This document shows positions 34,667-38,105 of a stretch of DNA of 38,105 nt, in pieces. The DNA comes from an uncultured bacterium (GTDB taxonomy: Bacteria; Bacillota_I; Bacilli_A; RFN20; CAG-826): the NCBI GenBank assembly GCA_949290725.1, contig CASEST010000008.1, positions 1-38,105 of the forward strand. Reading direction: 5' to 3'. Under the pieces are notes generated by a model. The model ran no database searches, had not been told where the DNA came from, and saw only the letters and a program-made list of their open reading frames with translations. Each line of letters starts with the position of its first letter. The first letter of the stretch is position 1. The translations under genes were made by a program, and so were the position numbers.

Positions 34667-37423
34667 TTATGCTTTTACTTTTTTAACGATCCACATGATA
34701 AATACAGATATTTCATGAATAATCAGTGGAACAATTGCTAAACAAGCAGTAATAATCCATTCAAAGCCATCGAAGTTATGAGTTGAGAAGAAACTATTAA
34801 AGATAGGTACTTCAACAACTAATAATTGTAATCCTAAGCCAACGATAAAGGCGACTAACATCATCCAGTTTTTATTTTTAAAAACATGGATGAATGATCT
34901 TCTAGTATTTGACATGCCTAACATATGGAATAATTGTGAAACCGCTAAGACTGTGAAAGCGACAGTTTGACAATGATGTAAGGTTTCTCCATAAATCGGA
35001 TCACCTAAATTAGTTAAAGCTTCGTAGGTTAACGTCCAATTATTTATATCGAAAATGTGAACTGCAGTAAGTAAGAAACCAGCAATAGTAATGATTGCAA
35101 TAACTAAACCATAACCAAATGTAGCAAAATAACCACCATGAGCAAATATAGACTCATTTGGATCACGAGGTTTATCTTTCATATTTAATGGGTCTTTTGG
35201 ATCCATTCCTAGTGAAATTGCTGGTAAGGAGTCGGTAATTAAATTAACCCATAATAAATGTATTGCGATTAATGGAGCTGGAAAACCAATGCAAATCATA
35301 AAGAACATTGAGAAGACTTCGCCCATATTGCAAGAAAGGAGGAATAAAACAGTCTTTTTAATATTGGCATAAATTCCTCTTCCTTCTTCAACAGCTTTTT
35401 CAATTGAAGCAAAGTTATCATCAGTTAAAACCATATCAGCAGCGCCCTTTGCAACATCGGTACCAGTAATTCCCATAGCAATTCCGATATCGGCCGCTTT
35501 TAATGATGGAGCGTCATTAACTCCATCGCCTGTCATCGCACAAATATTACCATTTGCTTTAAATGCTTTAACAATATTTACTTTATTTTCAGGAGAGACA
35601 CGAGCAAAAACTCTAACACGTTTACAAACTTCTTGTAACTCACTTTCACTTAATTCATCGATTTCTTTTCCAGTCATACAATCTTCAATACGACTTACGA
35701 TACCTAAATCTTTAGCAATTGCATAAGCAGTATCTTTATGGTCACCAGTAATCATAACTGTCGTAATACCAGCGCCTTTAAAGCTTTCAACAGCACCTTT
35801 CGCTTCTGGACGAGGTGGATCAATCATTGCTACTAATCCAACAAAAACCAAATCATTTTCGTTAATTGCATCACCATTTCTATAGGCAAGAGCTAAAGAT
35901 CTTAATGCTTTTGAAGAGAAATAAGAATTAGCTTTATTGATTTCTTCAATATCTTCGCTAGTGATTTCTCTAACTTTTTCTCCATCGCGAATAAACTTAG
36001 TATAAGCAAGGATAGAATCTAAAGCGCCTTTAGTATATTGAATCGTAGTTCCATCCTCCAATTTATGAAGAGTAGACATCATCTTTCGGACGCTATCAAA
36101 TGGAAGCTCGTCTATACGTGGTTCTACACTTTCTAAATATTTTTTATGCAAATCGAAAACATTAGCAAAGGCAACTAAAGCGATTTCTGTTGGGTCACCA
36201 TATAAACCTTCATCAACTGTTGCATTGGAACATAAAGACATACCTGTAGAGAGCACTCTTAATTCTTCTTTGTGTTCATCATTAAAATCTTCCTCTTTAT
36301 AAAATTTCTTTGGAAGGTAAGCTTCAACAACAGTCATTTTGTTTTGAGTTAATGTTCCGGTTTTATCAGAACAAACAACTTTAACTGCACCTAAAGTTTC
36401 AACTGAAGGAAGTTTTCTAACAATAGTGTTTGCTTTAACCATCCTTCTAACACCGATTGCTAAAACAATGGTAACAACAGCAGGCAATCCTTCTGGAATA
36501 GCTGCAACAGCTAAAGCAATTGCTGAAAGAATTGATTCCATCCAGCCGTCAATGGTATCGATATCGCCATGAATAGCTAACCAAATAATATCGGCAATTA
36601 AGACGACAACAATAATAATAATTGTTAAAATACCTAATATTTTTGATAATTGAGCTAATTTCTTTTGTAAAGGAGTTTCAGTTTCTTCTTCATTGTCTAA
36701 AGCCCCAGCAATTCTACCGATTTGAGTATTCATTCCGGTATTAGTAACAATACCTTTTCCACGTCCATAAGTAACTGGCGTGGACATAAAAGCCATATTA
36801 ACCTGGTCACCTAAAGCTACTGATTGAGAGAAAACAATATCATCTTTTTTATCAACTGGGACTGATTCACCAGTTAAAGAAGACTCATTAGCTTTTAAAT
36901 TAATCGCTTCGATTAAACGAATATCAGCACCAATAGTGTCGCCTTCTTCTAAAATAACAACGTCGCCAGGAACTAATTCTTCACTTTTAACTTTAAATCT
37001 TTTCCCATCTCTTATAACAGTAGATTCAGGCGAAGACATTTTCTTTAGAGCTTCTAAAGATGTTTCAGCTTTCTTTTCTTGAACTGTTCCGATAACGGCG
37101 TTAAGTAAAACAACAATTAAAATAATAACAATATCTGCCCAATCTCCTTCTTCGCCATTTAAAACATTAATAATTGAAATTAATAATGTAACTAAAACAG
37201 CAGCAAAAAGAACATAAATCATCGGATCAGCTAACTGAGATAAGAAAATCATTAAAATATTTTTCTTTTTCTTTTCAGCTAATTTGTTAGGACCATACGT
37301 CTCTAATCTAGCTTTTGCTTCTTCATTGCTCAATCCGTTTTCTTTATCACTTTTAAAATAAGCGATTGTGTCATTGGCGGATAATGTTTCGAAAGCAACA
37401 ACCTTCTTTTCGTTATTTTCCAT
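34667..37423 (-). CDS. P2A (SERCA/LMCA1-type) cation-transporting P-type ATPase, Ca2+ and possibly Mn2+ exporter
   Basis: DKTGTLT, TGDGVNDAPSLK, TM4 AIPEGLPAVVT, TM6 LWVNLITDSLPA. 918 aa. Confidence 0.93.
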   Translation of the reverse strand: MENNEKKVVAFETLSANDTIAYFKSDKENGLSNEEAKARLETYGPNKLAEKKKKNILMIFLSQLADPMIYVLFAAVLVTLLISIINVLNGEEGDWADIVIILIVVLLNAVIGTVQEKKAETSLEALKKMSSPESTVIRDGKRFKVKSEELVPGDVVILEEGDTIGADIRLIEAINLKANESSLTGESVPVDKKDDIVFSQSVALGDQVNMAFMSTPVTYGRGKGIVTNTGMNTQIGRIAGALDNEEETETPLQKKLAQLSKILGILTIIIIVVVLIADIIWLAIHGDIDTIDGWMESILSAIALAVAAIPEGLPAVVTIVLAIGVRRMVKANTIVRKLPSVETLGAVKVVCSDKTGTLTQNKMTVVEAYLPKKFYKEEDFNDEHKEELRVLSTGMSLCSNATVDEGLYGDPTEIALVAFANVFDLHKKYLESVEPRIDELPFDSVRKMMSTLHKLEDGTTIQYTKGALDSILAYTKFIRDGEKVREITSEDIEEINKANSYFSSKALRSLALAYRNGDAINENDLVFVGLVAMIDPPRPEAKGAVESFKGAGITTVMITGDHKDTAYAIAKDLGIVSRIEDCMTGKEIDELSESELQEVCKRVRVFARVSPENKVNIVKAFKANGNICAMTGDGVNDAPSLKAADIGIAMGITGTDVAKGAADMVLTDDNFASIEKAVEEGRGIYANIKKTVLFLLSCNMGEVFSMFFMICIGFPAPLIAIHLLWVNLITDSLPAISLGMDPKDPLNMKDKPRDPNESIFAHGGYFATFGYGLVIAIITIAGFLLTAVHIFDINNWTLTYEALTNLGDPIYGETLHHCQTVAFTVLAVSQLFHMLGMSNTRRSFIHVFKNKNWMMLVAFIVGLGLQLLVVEVPIFNSFFSTHNFDGFEWIITACLAIVPLIIHEISVFIMWIVKKVKA

Positions 37424-37440
37424 AGTTTCTCCAATAAATT

Positions 37441-37527
37441 ATTTAGTCTGGCTAAGAAATATCTAGTTATTTCCGGGTAAACAATCTACCGAGATGTCGA
37501 AAATAACCTAAAAGCTACTCCCTAAAT
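37441..37527 (-). promoter_or_regulatory. Candidate yybP-ykoY (Mn2+) riboswitch in the ATPase leader
   Basis: Minus strand: P1 ATTTAG...CTAAAT, L1 GGGAGTAGC, P3.1 GTTATTTT/GAAATAAC enclosing TCGACATCTC...CCGG (L3-like), and 3' block TAGCCAGAC. Compared with the yybP-ykoY consensus blocks GGGGAGUAGC...UAGCAAGAC as recalled from memory. Confidence 0.55.
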
Positions 37528-37537
37528 ACAACTAATA

Positions 37538-37546
37538 ATTATACCA
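37538..37546 (-). promoter_or_regulatory. Extended -10 promoter (TGgTATAAT) for the ATPase leader
   Basis: Minus strand TGGTATAAT located about 10 nt upstream of the candidate aptamer. Confidence 0.45.
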
Positions 37547-37560
37547 AAAAAACATCCGAA

Positions 37561-37591
37561 TAAAAGAAAAGGTTTATATTAAATATAAACC
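37561..37591 (-). terminator. Rho-independent terminator after the GH2 gene
   Basis: Minus strand GGTTTATAT-TTA-ATATAAACC followed by TTTTCTTTTA. Confidence 0.65.
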
Positions 37592-37596
37592 TCTTG

Positions 37597-38105
37597 CTAA
37601 TCTAAGATATGATCAATCTCTTTATTGATATCAATAATTGTATCTTTATTTATTTTTAAAATTTTTCGATCAAATGTATATAAACCATTAACTTCATCTT
37701 CTACATCGTTAAGTTCTGTATAAATAAAGCCAACCATATTCTTTTTTAAAGAAGAAATAACATTTTTCATTAATTTTCTATAGCCATTCGTTAAATCTTT
37801 TTCGCTTTTATAAAATTTATAGCCAAATGCATTTTTGCCGCAAAAATGTTCTTCTACTAGATAAGAATATCCACCAAATTCGCTTAATAAATAAGCGCGA
37901 TTCTTCTTTTTATAATCTTTAATCTTTTTAAAATAGATATGACGAGAATAAAAATCACTTCTAAAATTATCATACCAGCCACTCGTTGTATCGACTAGTT
38001 TATTAATATCACCGCTTTTAAAAAAATCATAAAAGAAAGAAGAATCAAATTGTCCCCAGCCTTCATTAAAAATTGTATAAATAATAACTGATGGGGAGTT
38101 TCTTA
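37597..38105 (-). CDS. Glycoside hydrolase family 2 (beta-galactosidase/glucuronidase-like), C-terminal 168 aa; 5' part off-window
   Basis: My own translation of the minus strand (not in the ORF track): RNSPSVIIYTIFNEGWGQ...YLLSEFGGYSY...GFIYTELNDVEDEVNGLYTFDRK, stop TAG at 37597-37599. NE acid/base and EFGG nucleophile motifs of the GH2 TIM barrel. Confidence 0.7.
   Translation of the reverse strand, partial: RNSPSVIIYTIFNEGWGQFDSSFFYDFFKSGDINKLVDTTSGWYDNFRSDFYSRHIYFKKIKDYKKKNRAYLLSEFGGYSYLVEEHFCGKNAFGYKFYKSEKDLTNGYRKLMKNVISSLKKNMVGFIYTELNDVEDEVNGLYTFDRKILKINKDTIIDINKEIDHILD

Noticed and set aside
37468-37482. TATTTCCGGGTAAAC, superficially similar to the Noc-binding site TATTTCCCGGGAAATA.
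   Set aside because: Not self-complementary (right arm GGGTAAA, not GGGAAAT) and one base short. The bases are better explained as the L3/P3.1 strand of the candidate Mn2+ riboswitch.
1-38105. Search for CRISPR arrays, IS elements, transposases, integrases, prophage genes, restriction-modification or known defence-system genes.
   Set aside because: No repeat-spacer periodicity, no terminal inverted repeats flanking a transposase-like ORF, and no recombinase or nuclease/helicase/methylase signatures beyond the housekeeping genes listed.

Overview
AT-rich bacterial chromosomal segment read with the standard code: TGA is a stop (ATGA overlap at 6160-6163) and Trp is TGG. About 40 tightly packed genes, many with TAATG/ATGA overlaps, mostly on the minus strand.

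Gene content includes RecU, a DnaD-domain protein, sufCDSUB with SufU, long-form HPF, YhaM, S-box and FMN riboswitches, and lipobox lipoproteins. There are no cell-wall genes, and recU is not linked to a PBP gene. This points to Bacillota/Mycoplasmatota using code 11, plausibly Acholeplasma-like or Erysipelotrichia-like (inference only).

The window is mainly core housekeeping:
- 3' end of tRNA-Ser(GGA), hpf, metK behind a SAM-I riboswitch, pduL plus a small TSCPD protein
- a KapD-like exonuclease coupled to recU, then nth, dnaD, a 203-aa CCA-enzyme-like protein, hup, der and cmk
- ferredoxin, ribU behind an FMN riboswitch, parB-parA-rsmG-mnmG fused to the sufCDSUB operon
- two large acidic lipoproteins, a HIT protein, yhaM, recX, a GT4 glycolipid-type glycosyltransferase with an MprF-flippase-like membrane protein
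- an asymmetric heterodimeric ABC exporter, a GNAT, a SERCA-type P-type ATPase behind a candidate yybP-ykoY (Mn2+) riboswitch, and the 3' end of a GH2 glycosidase

I found no mobile element, CRISPR array or recognisable defence system.

Worth a second look:
- a 15/16 parS site inside sufD, paired with a ParB whose CTPase motifs look degenerate
- an 18-bp perfect palindrome upstream of hpf that looks like a parS/Noc-binding-site hybrid
- a four-copy 8-mer in the suf/lipoprotein divergent promoter region
- the minimal nucleotidyltransferase
- the twin GC-richer lipoproteins
- two apparently leaderless promoters
- an unknown two-gene cassette next to the tRNA
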